A DNA stretch of 64,000 nucleotides from Dehalococcoidia bacterium. Lineage in GTDB: Bacteria > Chloroflexota > Dehalococcoidia > SM23-28-2 > RBG-16-64-32. Positions 19,216 through 29,932 of the stretch are shown piece by piece. The translations under genes were made by a program, and so were the position numbers. Below the pieces are notes generated by a model. The model was not told where the DNA came from. It searched no databases and was given only the letters and a program-made list of their open reading frames with translations. The DNA is taken from assembly GCA_963665775.2 (NCBI GenBank), contig CAXXTF010000001.1, positions 160,001-224,000 on the forward strand. The letters are read 5' to 3'. Positions within the stretch are counted from its first letter, which is position 1; every line of letters begins with the position of its first letter.

Positions 19216-19760
19216 GGCTGCACCTCGTAATCTTCTCGCAGGACACTCATGGGCACGGCGTTCACGGGCTGGCCCAAGCGCAGGCGGTGGGCCCGGAGGA
19301 GACCCTCCCGCACGAACCCGCACTTCTCGTAGCAACGAATGGCCCGCAGGTTATCCTCATCGGTATGGAGCTCAACCAGGCGGAGCTCCAGCTCCTCGAA
19401 ACCGTACCGCAGCACCCGCCTTATGGCGTCCGTGCCATGACCCTCGCTCCAATGATCCTTCTCGCCGATAACGATGCCCAGGGTGGCCCGGCGGTTAGTC
19501 TCATCGACGTGGTTGAGCCCCAGGTTGCCCATAGGCTTCCCTTCCGCGGTCTCGATCACCCAGACGACGCCCTCGGCATCGGCGCGCATCTCCTCATACC
19601 ACTCCCGCTCCGACTCCATCGTGAGCTCCGGCCCCTCCGATATCGCCAGCCAGTAGCGAACGTCGGGGTCGTTGAGCCAGCGCACGAAGAGAGGCAGGTC
19701 GCGCTCCTCCACCGGCCGCAGACGCACCTTCTCGCCCTCCAGAATGCATTCGGAGATCAC
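19206..19760 (-). CDS. GNAT N-acetyltransferase, RimJ/RimL family
   Basis: VRLRP, GHGTDAI, NLRAIRCYEKCGFVREG. Confidence 0.88.
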   Translation of the reverse strand: MISECILEGEKVRLRPVEERDLPLFVRWLNDPDVRYWLAISEGPELTMESEREWYEEMRADAEGVVWVIETAEGKPMGNLGLNHVDETNRRATLGIVIGEKDHWSEGHGTDAIRRVLRYGFEELELRLVELHTDEDNLRAIRCYEKCGFVREGLLRAHRLRLGQPVNAVPMSVLREDYEVQPWR

Positions 19761-19800
19761 GGTGCGCCTATGTTATCATGACCCCTCAGGGAGAAGAAAC

Positions 19801-20442
19801 ATGCAGACCTACGAGGACGGAATCCTGCGGATTACGCGGTTCGGACCCCTGGGCCCGTACGCCAACAACGCCTACATCATCGCCGACGGCCGATCCGGCG
19901 AGGCGGTCATCGTCGACATGCCCGTCGACAGCGAGGAGCTCCTGGCGGCGACCGAGGGGCTCCGGATCGGCGGCATCCTGCTGACCCACACGCACTCCGA
20001 CCACTGGGCTGCCTACGAGCTGGTCAAGGGAGCCACCGGCGCTCCGGTTTACGGCCACCCGGCGGAGCAGCTGATGCCCGCCGAGAAGATCGACCGGCCC
20101 CTGGCGGACGGCGAGGTTATCGCGGTGGGCGGCCTGAGCATCGGGGCCATCCACACGCCGGGCCACACGCCGGGCGGCACCTGCTTCCTGGTCGGCCGCC
20201 ACCTCTTCTCCGGCGACACCCTCTTCCCCGGCGGCCCCGGACACACCCGCAGCCCCCAGTACCTCCAGGAGATCGTCCGCTCCATCACGGAACGGCTCTA
20301 CGTCCTGCCGGGCGATACGCTGGTCCTCCCCGGACACGGCGACGACACCACCATCGCCCGTTCGAAACAGGAGTACGCCGTCTTCTCCTCGCGGCCGCAC
20401 CCGGCGGACCTCAGCGGCGATATCCTCTGGGAGTCGTCCTGA
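19801..20442 (+). CDS. MBL-fold metallo-hydrolase (glyoxalase II-like)
   Basis: THTHSDH, HTPGHTPG, SGDTLF, PGHG. Confidence 0.9.
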   Translation: MQTYEDGILRITRFGPLGPYANNAYIIADGRSGEAVIVDMPVDSEELLAATEGLRIGGILLTHTHSDHWAAYELVKGATGAPVYGHPAEQLMPAEKIDRPLADGEVIAVGGLSIGAIHTPGHTPGGTCFLVGRHLFSGDTLFPGGPGHTRSPQYLQEIVRSITERLYVLPGDTLVLPGHGDDTTIARSKQEYAVFSSRPHPADLSGDILWESS

Positions 20443-20485
20443 ATGAGAGCGCCCGGCCACACCCCGAAAAGTGTAGCATCATGGC

Positions 20486-20618
20486 TTCTCTGATACCTCA
20501 GGCATTAGCCGGGGGTACTGACCCCAACTGCCGCCGTTGACCCGGCTAACGGTGTCGCCTACACTAGTTGCAGACATCCTTCACCGGCGCCGGTCCCGAC
20601 AGGCCGGGCCCTATTTTC
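20486..20618 (+). ncRNA. Unassigned structured leader or ncRNA with a terminator-like end
   Basis: Perfect 9-bp stem TTAGCCGGG/CCCGGCTAA enclosing two small hairpins, then a GC hairpin plus TATTTT. Confidence 0.4.
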
Positions 20619-20653
20619 TGCGGTTCGCTCGCCGGTGGGACCCGTCCATTTAG

Positions 20654-21931
20654 ATGAGTACCAACTCCTTCTACCAGCGTACTACCCTCCCCAACGGTCT
20701 GCGCATCCTCACCTCTTCCATGCCCCACACGCACTCCGTATCCGTTTCCGTTTACGTGGGCGCCGGCTCCCGCTACGAGCGTGACAACGAGGCCGGACTT
20801 TCCCACTTCCTGGAACACCTGCTGTTCAAAGGCACTGAGAAGCGACCCACCGCCAAGGAGATCTCCGAGGCGATCGATGGGGTTGGCGGGATGATGAACG
20901 GCGGCACGGACCGCGAGTACACGGTCTACTACATCAAGGTGGCCAGACCTCACCTGGACCTCGCCCTGGATATCCTCCTTGAGCTGGTCCGCCGACCTCT
21001 CATAGACCCCATGGAGATCGATAAGGAGCGCCAGGTGGTTCTCGAGGAGCTGGCGATGGTCGCCGATTCTCCGGCCCAGATGGCCGATCTCCTGGTGGAT
21101 GTTACCCTCTGGCCCGACCAGCCGCTGGGCCGGGACGTGGCCGGCACGCCGGACTCCGTACGCCAGGTCAGCCGGGAGATGGCGCTGGGCTACCTGCACA
21201 GCCAGTACGTTCCGAACAATATCGTCATGGCTCTGGCTGGAAACGTTGAACACCAGGAGATCGTGGACTCCATAGGGCAGGCCCTCGGTGATTGGCCCGC
21301 CGGCTCCCCCTCCACCTGGTTTCCCGCTAGAGATGCTATCGGACCCCGCTGCGCCGTCCGCTACAAGTCAACGGAGCAGGCCCACATCTGCCTGGCGCTG
21401 CGCGGCCTTCCCCTCAATCACCCGGACCGCTACGCCCTCTCTTTCCTCTCCATCATCCTGGGAGAGGGGATGTCCTCCCGCCTATTCATGGAGCTCCGCG
21501 AGAAGCGAGGGCTGGTGTACGACGTTCACTCCTACGTCTCCCACTTCCTGGACACGGGCGCCTTTAGCGTATACACGGGGGTGGACCCCAAGAGGGCGGT
21601 ACAGGCCCTGCAAGTGGTGCTGGCGGAGCTGGCGCGGCTTCGGGACGAGGGCCCTTCTATCGAGGAGCTGACCAAGGCCAGGGAGCTGTCCAAGGGCCGC
21701 CTCCTCCTGCGCATGGAGGACACCCGCGACGTCTCCAGCTGGATCGGCGGACAGGAGCTGCTCCTGGAAAAGGTGTTCGGCGTCGAACAGGCCGTGGAAG
21801 AGATGGACGCCGTGACCCTCGAAGATCTGAGCCGCGTGTCCCGCCAGCTCATCGTCTCAGAGCAGCTCCATCTCGCCGTGGTCGGACCTTACCGCTCGGA
21901 TAAGCGGTTTGCGCCCCTCCTGCGCCTGTAA
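20654..21931 (+). CDS. M16-family (pitrilysin-like) zinc peptidase
   Basis: HFLEH inverted zinc motif, SSRLFMELREKRGLVY. Confidence 0.93.
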   Translation: MSTNSFYQRTTLPNGLRILTSSMPHTHSVSVSVYVGAGSRYERDNEAGLSHFLEHLLFKGTEKRPTAKEISEAIDGVGGMMNGGTDREYTVYYIKVARPHLDLALDILLELVRRPLIDPMEIDKERQVVLEELAMVADSPAQMADLLVDVTLWPDQPLGRDVAGTPDSVRQVSREMALGYLHSQYVPNNIVMALAGNVEHQEIVDSIGQALGDWPAGSPSTWFPARDAIGPRCAVRYKSTEQAHICLALRGLPLNHPDRYALSFLSIILGEGMSSRLFMELREKRGLVYDVHSYVSHFLDTGAFSVYTGVDPKRAVQALQVVLAELARLRDEGPSIEELTKARELSKGRLLLRMEDTRDVSSWIGGQELLLEKVFGVEQAVEEMDAVTLEDLSRVSRQLIVSEQLHLAVVGPYRSDKRFAPLLRL

Positions 21932-21965
21932 GCGACAGGCCTTCGAATCAAGCCCAACCTACCGT

Positions 21966-22150
21966 TCTGAACCCTTCGCGTCTGAACCCTTCGCGCCCGA
22001 CCAATGTGAGCCCGCCGCTCTGTCATTCTGAGCCCGTCGCTCTGTCATTCTGAGCGACGCGAAGAATCTGGCACCCCGCTCAGGATAAACTTCGCGAAGA
22101 ATCGGCATGCGAAGTGGCCAGACCCTTCGCTGCGCTCCGGGTGCAGATTC
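21966..22150. repeat. Cluster of REP-like GTCATTCTGAGCG...GAAGAATC elements
   Basis: Internal duplications; related copies at 40261-40322, 44681-44750 (inverted, about 60 nt similar) and 63535-63636. Confidence 0.75.
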
Positions 22151-22208
22151 TGGCAAGGCCAAGAGCAGAGGGGGCCGTTAGGCCCAGCTGTACCGCCACA
22201 GATGCCAG

Positions 22209-22233
22209 CCGCCCCGCCTAAACAGCGGGGCGG
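22209..22233. terminator. GC hairpin downstream of groEL
   Basis: CCGCCCCGC-N7-GCGGGGCGG. Confidence 0.5.
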
Positions 22234-22272
22234 AATCTAGCGTCCAACTTCCGGCTTAAGGCCCGGAGGCTC

Positions 22273-23907
<1,635 letters not shown>

Positions 23908-23915
23908 TCAGTTTT

Positions 23916-23990
23916 GGCCACGGAACTACACGGATGGGCCGCAGATACTGTTGAGCAGTTATCAGTGCCTAATCTGCGTCCATCTTTGGC
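23916..23990. repeat. Degenerate palindromic element of the CACAGAT...ATCTGTG type between groES and groEL
   Basis: gatgggccgcagat ... atctgcgtccatc inverted arms. Confidence 0.5.
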
Positions 23991-24011
23991 TAAGGTTCGT
24001 TATAAGGTTCG

Positions 24012-24338
24012 TTAGGCCAGCTTGGCCAGGATGTCGGACTCTTTGAGGACGAGATAGTCTTCGTCCTCAGCGCTGAAGATACCCCGGGGGACCTCCTGGC
24101 CGGTGTACTTGGCGTAGAGGATGCGGTCGCCAATCTTGAGATCTATGGGCAGCCGCTTGCCGTTATCATCGAGACGACCGGGGCCGACAGCCAGCACTTC
24201 GCCTAACAGGGGCTTCTCGCGAGCGGTGTCCGGAATGACGAGGCCGCTGGCCCTGATCTCCTGCTGCTTGGTCTGCCTGACCACGATGCGTTCGCCCAGG
24301 GGTACGAGCTTCGCCGCGTTTGCGGTCTTGGTTGCCAC
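24012..24338 (-). CDS. groES: Co-chaperonin GroES
   Basis: PLGERIVV, GLVIPDTAREKP, AVGPG, KESDILA; GTG start with AAGGAGG. Confidence 0.95.
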   Translation of the reverse strand: MATKTANAAKLVPLGERIVVRQTKQQEIRASGLVIPDTAREKPLLGEVLAVGPGRLDDNGKRLPIDLKIGDRILYAKYTGQEVPRGIFSAEDEDYLVLKESDILAKLA

Positions 24339-24381
24339 TAGGGAGTCCCTCCTTCTTGCCATTAGGTTTGCGGGGCGCCTG

Positions 24382-24408
24382 TTAGCACTCAGCACATAGG
24401 AGTGCTAA
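24382..24408. promoter_or_regulatory. CIRCE element (HrcA operator)
   Basis: Perfect TTAGCACTC-N9-GAGTGCTAA upstream of groES. Confidence 0.97.
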
Positions 24409-24677
24409 CGGTAAAATAATAGTTCAGACGAAGGCGAGGCGCAAGACCCAGGGCCGCGTTCGCGGGGCGAATTTTCCCGATCGCCGCCGGCCTCCAAGCG
24501 CCGGACTTCTAAGCTATTGCCCTTCAGCAGGCTGAAAACCTACCGGAAGTTGGACTCTATCCGCACTAGGAGGCTAGGAAAGGTCTGGCTGCAGGTGGCG
24601 CTTAGCGTGCTCGTGATGAATGTGGCGGCGATGGCGAGCGCGGCGCCTGATTTGGCGCCGATACGAAGGTGTGGGGC

Positions 24678-25100
24678 CTAATTCGCGGGTACGGCTTCTG
24701 AGTTTGCGAGCCTGGCCATAGCCTCCTCCCAAGAGCGCATCTGTACTGCCTGAGGGAGGCAGTAGAACAAATTCTCTTTGGGTCCGATCACCCAACACTC
24801 CTTCTGCGACTGAAGTGCGATGCCAAATTCTACATGCCGGCCGCCACCGGAAGGGCGGCCCGCCTCTTCAGTGAAGAAGATGCAGATCTCCGCTTTCCGA
24901 ATGTCTTCCCAGTCCACCTGGGCCAATTGCCGATAGTCCTCTTGATAGGATTCCACGTCACCAAGTCTACTTGCGGGGATTCTATTCTGACCGTTGAGCC
25001 ACCGACAGGTGACCTCGTGACCAGCAGCTCGCGCCTGGTTAGCATATTCCAATATCTGCTCACGACGAGAATAGCACGCGGCGAAATAAATACTGGCCAT
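24678..25100 (-). CDS. Nucleoside 2-deoxyribosyltransferase-like / nucleotide N-hydrolase protein
   Basis: IYFAA, DWEDIRKAE, GRHVEFGIA; AT-richer than its flanks; GAGGAG RBS. Confidence 0.75.
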   Translation of the reverse strand: MASIYFAACYSRREQILEYANQARAAGHEVTCRWLNGQNRIPASRLGDVESYQEDYRQLAQVDWEDIRKAEICIFFTEEAGRPSGGGRHVEFGIALQSQKECWVIGPKENLFYCLPQAVQMRSWEEAMARLANSEAVPAN

Positions 25101-25198
25101 TTCGCTCCTCTTTCTGATGGCGGGCTGCCTCTGGGAATTCTACGATCATTCGTCAATTCTTGCTAGCTCACCCTGCAACTAGTTTCGCAACGGGCTAC

Positions 25199-25227
25199 TT
25201 GTCCTCTTACACGGTATCATGTAAAAT
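25199..25227 (+). promoter_or_regulatory. Promoter TTGTCC-N17-TAAAAT with palindrome TACACG-N4-CATGTA (25208-25223)
   Basis: Ends 7 nt before the XRE GTG, which suggests a leaderless mRNA. Confidence 0.65.
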
Positions 25228-25233
25228 GGGGGC

Positions 25234-25584
25234 GTGAGGGGGAAGCGAGGGCCAAAGGCGCGGCCCGCGGCGAAGGGCAAGCGGCAGGGGGCCAGCTGGG
25301 ACGCCGGCCAGGTGCGAGCCCTGCGCCGCCACCTGGGCCTGAGCCAACAGGGGATGGCCCAGGAGATGGGCACCCGCCAGCAGACGGTGAGCGAGTGGGA
25401 GACGGACCAATACCGGCCGCGGGGTGCCTCGGCGCGCCTGCTAGCGATCATCGCCGAGCAGGCCGGATTCGAGTACCGGGCGGACGCCCCAAGGCCGGGC
25501 AGGGACGGAGGGGAGCAGGGTCAGGGCGACCGGGGCGAGGGTTCGCCCGGCCGGACAGGCCCATCGACCCGGTCAGAGCCCTGA
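25234..25584 (+). CDS. XRE-family HTH transcriptional regulator
   Basis: VRALRRHLGLSQQGMAQEMGTRQQTVSEWETDQYRP. Confidence 0.88.
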   Translation: MRGKRGPKARPAAKGKRQGASWDAGQVRALRRHLGLSQQGMAQEMGTRQQTVSEWETDQYRPRGASARLLAIIAEQAGFEYRADAPRPGRDGGEQGQGDRGEGSPGRTGPSTRSEP

Positions 25585-25597
25585 GGCGGGAGGCGTT

Positions 25598-26748
25598 ATG
25601 CCGAAGGTAGCGAAGCGCCTATCAGCCCTCCGGGAGGAGGGGGCGCCCTGGGAGATGGGTTCGCCGGGCGGGCTGCCGCTGTCGAGCCTGGGGGCCCCTA
25701 AATCGCCGCTCCGGGAGCGGCACCTGGTCCACATCTGGGAGGGGCAGCGCTTCCCGCCCTCGGCCCTCAGCACACGGGACGGCCAGCGCCTGGGGGTTGT
25801 GTACCGGGGCCGCCTCGTGGGCGGGCCGGGGCCGGACTTCCGGGACGCCATCATCGCCGCTCCCTGGGGCCTCCTCCGGGGCGATGTGGAGCTACACGTC
25901 AGGGCTAGCGATTTCCATCGCCATCGCCACGGCCAGGACGCCACCTATAACGGGCTAGCCTTGCACGTGGTGTTCTGGGACGACGAGGGGGAGGACACCC
26001 TGCTGGCCGGCGGGCGGCGGGCGCCGGTGGCAACCCTGGTTCCCCAGACGGAAACCGGGGTTGAAGATGTCCGCCACTGGCTGAGCGGGCCGGTGCTGTG
26101 GCAGGAGCCCTGCCGTAGCGCCCTGGAGCGGCTGGGCAGCGACACGGTGGCCGCCACCCTGGACAGCCTGGGACAGCAACGTTTTCGAGAGAAGGCCGAG
26201 GCGATGCGACAGCTCCTGGAGAGGGAGCCGGCGGATGAGGTGATCTGGCAGGGGCTGCTGAGGGCGCTGGGCTACGGCGGTGACCGGCAGTCGCCAGGGG
26301 CCAGTTTCGCCAGGGGAGGCCGGGAAACGCGGGCTGGCGACGGCTAGAAGGGGCCGCCCGGCTGGCGGCACGGTTCTGTTGCAAAGGGCTGGCCTCCAGG
26401 CTAGTGAAGATCCTGTCCGACACGCCGGAGCAGGGCGCTTCTACCCTTCTCGCCTCCCTGCAGGTGAGCGGCGACCGGCAGGCCTTCATCGGCCGGTCGC
26501 GGGCCCTGGAGATCGTCACCAACGTGGTTCTGCCGTACGCCGCTGGCAGCGGCGACGCGGCCCTGGCCCGGAAGGCGGAGGCGGTGTACGAGCGGCTGCC
26601 GCGACCGGCCGCCTACGGCGCCGTGCGCCACCTGGACAGGGCGGTAGGCCAGGGCGTACGGGTGGACGCGCGCCGCCAGCAGGGGATGCTTCGTCTCCTG
26701 CGTCAGGACTGCACCCAGGGCGGCTGCGGCCGCTGTCCGCTGTCGTAG
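25598..26748 (+). pseudogene. DUF2851-family protein, frameshifted near 26290-26316
   Basis: GPDFRDA...GDVELH...HGQD...LHVV N-terminus; RPGN...RRLEGAARL and QQGML...C...C..CPL C-terminus in another frame; 10-bp direct repeat TCGCCAGGGG at the junction. Confidence 0.75.
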
Positions 26749-26831
26749 GGGAGGCCGGACAGAGGACTCGTGATGACAGAGGGTTCGTCTCGCCCTTCCC
26801 TACCGCCCAGGCGGCCCGTACCGATAGGGCT

Positions 26832-27821
26832 TCAGCCGATGCGCAGGCCGGGCCGGACGTCGACATCCAGGGGAGCGATGTCGCCGGCCTGAAGACGCTG
26901 CCAGCCACAGGCGGCGACCATGGCCCCGTTGTCGGTACAGAGAGCCGGCGGCGGTACCCGGAGCGGCACCGGCGAGCGCTCTTCCAGGGCTTGTCGGAGG
27001 ACGGAGTTGGCCGCGACGCCGCCGGAGAGGATGACCTGTCGTACGCCGTGATCCTGGGCCGCCCGCACGGCCTTGGTGACCAGCGAGTCCACCACGGCCT
27101 CCTGGAAGGCGGCGGCTAGCTCGGGAGCCGGGGGCACGTCTCCCTCCTGGCCGCGGACCAGACGCAGGACCTTCGTCTTGAGACCGCTAAAGCTGAAATC
27201 GTAGGGGCGGTCGAGGCGGGCCCGGGGAAGGCGCAGGGAGGGGGCGCCGCTGGTGGCGGCCAGCCGCTCTACGGCGGGGCCGCCGGGGAAGCCCAGCCCC
27301 AGTAGGCGGGCCACCTTGTCGAAGGCCTCGCCGGCGGCGTCGTCCACCGTCTGGCCCAGCCGACGGTAGCGGCCGTGTCCCGCCATGAGGACGACATCGC
27401 TGTGGCCCCCGGAGACGGTGAGACAGAGAGCCGGGAAGCGGGGCTCCGGATCGCTGTCCAGCCAGGCGCCGTAGATGTGGCCCTCCAGGTGGTTGACGGC
27501 CACGAGGGGGAGGGCGCGCGCGTAGGCCAGGGCCTTGGCAAAGTTAGCCCCTACCAGCAGCGCACCGGCCAGGCCCGGGCCGGTGGTTACTGCCACGGCG
27601 TCGATATCGGCCAGGCGGCAGCGGGCGCGCTCCAGGGCCTCCTCTAGGACGGGCGCTATCGCCTGCACGTGCTGGCGGGAGGCCAGCTCAGGGACGACGC
27701 CACCGTAGCGGGCGTGCATCTCCACCTGGGAGGCGATCACGTTGGAGAGGATTCGCCGCCCGTCCCGGACTACGGCCACGGCGGTCTCGTCACAGGAGGT
27801 CTCGATGCCCAGGACGTTCAT
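26832..27821 (-). CDS. tsaD: tRNA N6-adenosine threonylcarbamoyltransferase
   Basis: LGIETSCDET, HLEGH, SGGH, DDAAGEAFDK, CTDNGAM. Confidence 0.97.
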   Translation of the reverse strand: MNVLGIETSCDETAVAVVRDGRRILSNVIASQVEMHARYGGVVPELASRQHVQAIAPVLEEALERARCRLADIDAVAVTTGPGLAGALLVGANFAKALAYARALPLVAVNHLEGHIYGAWLDSDPEPRFPALCLTVSGGHSDVVLMAGHGRYRRLGQTVDDAAGEAFDKVARLLGLGFPGGPAVERLAATSGAPSLRLPRARLDRPYDFSFSGLKTKVLRLVRGQEGDVPPAPELAAAFQEAVVDSLVTKAVRAAQDHGVRQVILSGGVAANSVLRQALEERSPVPLRVPPPALCTDNGAMVAACGWQRLQAGDIAPLDVDVRPGLRIG

Positions 27822-28480
27822 GGGCTGGGATCAGGGAGGATGGCTACCAGCAGGGCACCGCAGTTGGTCAGGGAGCGCGCCTGGCGGTAGAGGGCGGGCA
27901 GCGCCTCATCGGGCGGCGAATCCAGGGCGGCGACCAGCTCTTCTGGGGACAGCGCCCCGGCCAGGGTAGGGCTGAGGAGAAGAAGCCGGTCGCCCTCGGT
28001 GAGCTCCAGGCGGGAGAACTGGGGCCTGAAGTCGTCATGGAGGCCCAGGGGCTCGACGGCGTCTGGGATGGTGGGATGCAGGGCCAGAGGCGAGCCCGAG
28101 CCCTGGTGGTAGAGGACGGCGCTGGCGGGCCCTACCTGGGCCAGGTAAGCCTCGTGGGCACGCAGCGCCAAGCAGGAGGCGCCGGCAGCCACCCGATGCT
28201 CCTTGAGGCTCCGGCGGTTCCACTCGTGCAGGTCAGAGTGAGCCGCCTTAAGGGCGCGCAGGAGGGCGCCGGTGATGGAGGTTCGGCGCTGGTGGAAGAC
28301 GTTGCCTATCGCCTCCGTCAGCTCCCCGCAGAACTCCTCGCTGCCCGGAAGGGCGGGCTCCACGACGACGTAGAGGTCGGTCGCATCGTCGCCGAGGCTG
28401 CGGTCGACAAATGCGCCGACCCAGGGCGTGCGCTCCCGCGCCTCGCCCTCAACGATGCCGAACTGGCCGATCCACAGCAT
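27818..28480 (-). CDS. Hypothetical protein, possibly a degenerate PP2C-like fold
   Basis: Coding-like ORF overlapping the tsaD start; AYLAQVG and EGDRLLLLS resemble PP2C strands. Confidence 0.6.
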   Translation of the reverse strand: MLWIGQFGIVEGEARERTPWVGAFVDRSLGDDATDLYVVVEPALPGSEEFCGELTEAIGNVFHQRRTSITGALLRALKAAHSDLHEWNRRSLKEHRVAAGASCLALRAHEAYLAQVGPASAVLYHQGSGSPLALHPTIPDAVEPLGLHDDFRPQFSRLELTEGDRLLLLSPTLAGALSPEELVAALDSPPDEALPALYRQARSLTNCGALLVAILPDPSP

Positions 28481-28635
28481 TCCAATACGATTATATGCCC
28501 AGGACCAGCGACCGTTCGACCGGTGTGATGTGTGAGGACATGTAAGACAAGAGAGGGGATGAAGGCGGAACCGCTCACCGCGAGCCTTTCAGACTCGTCT
28601 CTGGGGCTGTCGTGCGCGCGGGGACGGCCAGGGGA

Positions 28636-29292
28636 TTAGCCGGCGACGGCGGACGGCTCGGCAACGGGCCGGAGGCGATAGGTGCACGAGCGCTCGCCGC
28701 GGAGGATGCTGTGGCTGAGGCGAGTGTCGCTCCCGGTCAGGATGCGAACGAACTCCACATGCAGAGCGCAGACCGCGCGGTCCCGCTGGGCGACGGCGAG
28801 GAAGGGACAAGTAAACTCGTCGATGCACCACTCGCCGTTCGTCTCACCGTACTCTACCAGGCTGCCCAGCTCCTCCATGATACTAGCCGTTTCCGTGACC
28901 CGCTGAGCCTGGGGCTTACCTTCCACGCGTTCGAGATAGGGGGAGGCGAGCCGAAAAGCCACCCGGTGTAAGAGCTGATACAGCTTCTCGTTGCCCTCGC
29001 TGGCCCGGATCTCGTCCAGGACCACGCTGGCCAGGAGATCGTAGCTCTTCGGAAAAAGGCCATCGGCCGTCGCCGTGAGGGAGTACACCAGGGTGGGCCG
29101 TCCTACGCGGCCCCGTTCCTCATTGGCATCCACCAGGCCATCCCGCTCCAGCACCGTGAGGTGCTGACGGATGCCTGTCGAGGCCAGCCCCAGGAGCTGC
29201 CCCAACTCCTTCACGGTGGCCCGCCCCTGCCGCTGCAAGTGTCCCAGTATCTGCTGGCGGGTCGTCTGCATCTGGATGCTGCTTGTCACCAC
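28636..29292 (-). CDS. SufR/ArsR-like HTH regulator with C-terminal Cys ligands
   Basis: TRQQIL...IRQHLTVLERDGLV...GRP HTH; CPF, VCALH and CTY cysteines. Confidence 0.85.
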   Translation of the reverse strand: MVTSSIQMQTTRQQILGHLQRQGRATVKELGQLLGLASTGIRQHLTVLERDGLVDANEERGRVGRPTLVYSLTATADGLFPKSYDLLASVVLDEIRASEGNEKLYQLLHRVAFRLASPYLERVEGKPQAQRVTETASIMEELGSLVEYGETNGEWCIDEFTCPFLAVAQRDRAVCALHVEFVRILTGSDTRLSHSILRGERSCTYRLRPVAEPSAVAG

Positions 29293-29322
29293 GTTAAGAT
29301 TTTATCACATTAGCAAACATTA

Positions 29323-29350
29323 GAAAACAGTATTAGGTAAAACTGTTTTC
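29323..29350. promoter_or_regulatory. Perfect inverted repeat GAAAACAGT-N10-ACTGTTTTC, probable autoregulatory operator
   Basis: Lies in the AT-rich promoter region of the SufR-like gene. Confidence 0.6.
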
Positions 29351-29431
29351 AAACCCGAATCTAGGGGGAGTTGGGAGAGGCGGAGATGGACTAGGCCGGG
29401 CACTCGCGCAGCGTCGCCCGGAAAGCTGCGC

Positions 29432-29920
29432 TTACTCCAGCACGATTTCGCCGCTCTTGCCGCCCCGCTTGCGCACCAGCCGTATCTCCTCGATGCGCAT
29501 GTCCCGCTGCACCGCCTTGGCCATGTCGTAGACAGTGAGGGCGGTCACCGCCACGGCCGTAAGGGCCTCCATCTCCACGCCGGTCTTGCCGGTGGTGCGA
29601 ACCGTGGCGCTGATGTCGATGGCGCTCCGGGCCTCGTCCGGCTGGAGCGAGACGTCGATATGGGTCAGCAGGAGGGGATGACAGAGGGGGATCAGCTCGT
29701 GGGTGCGTTTGGCGGCCATGACTCCGGCCAGGCGGGCGGTGGTCAGGACGTCCCCCTTGGCGGTCGCGCCGGATAGGATGAGGGCCAGGGTCTCCGGCTT
29801 CATGTAGATGCTGCCCCGGGCCACAGCCTCCCGCGCGGTGTCCGCCTTGGCGGAGATGTCCACCATGCGGGGCTGGCCGGCCTCGTCCACGTGGGTCAAC
29901 TGCCCTGGGTCACGACTCAC
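29432..29920 (-). CDS. moaC: Cyclic pyranopterin monophosphate synthase
   Basis: LTHVD...[26 protein letters not shown]. Confidence 0.96.
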   Translation of the reverse strand: MSRDPGQLTHVDEAGQPRMVDISAKADTAREAVARGSIYMKPETLALILSGATAKGDVLTTARLAGVMAAKRTHELIPLCHPLLLTHIDVSLQPDEARSAIDISATVRTTGKTGVEMEALTAVAVTALTVYDMAKAVQRDMRIEEIRLVRKRGGKSGEIVLE

Positions 29921-29932
29921 CTCGTTACCTCC

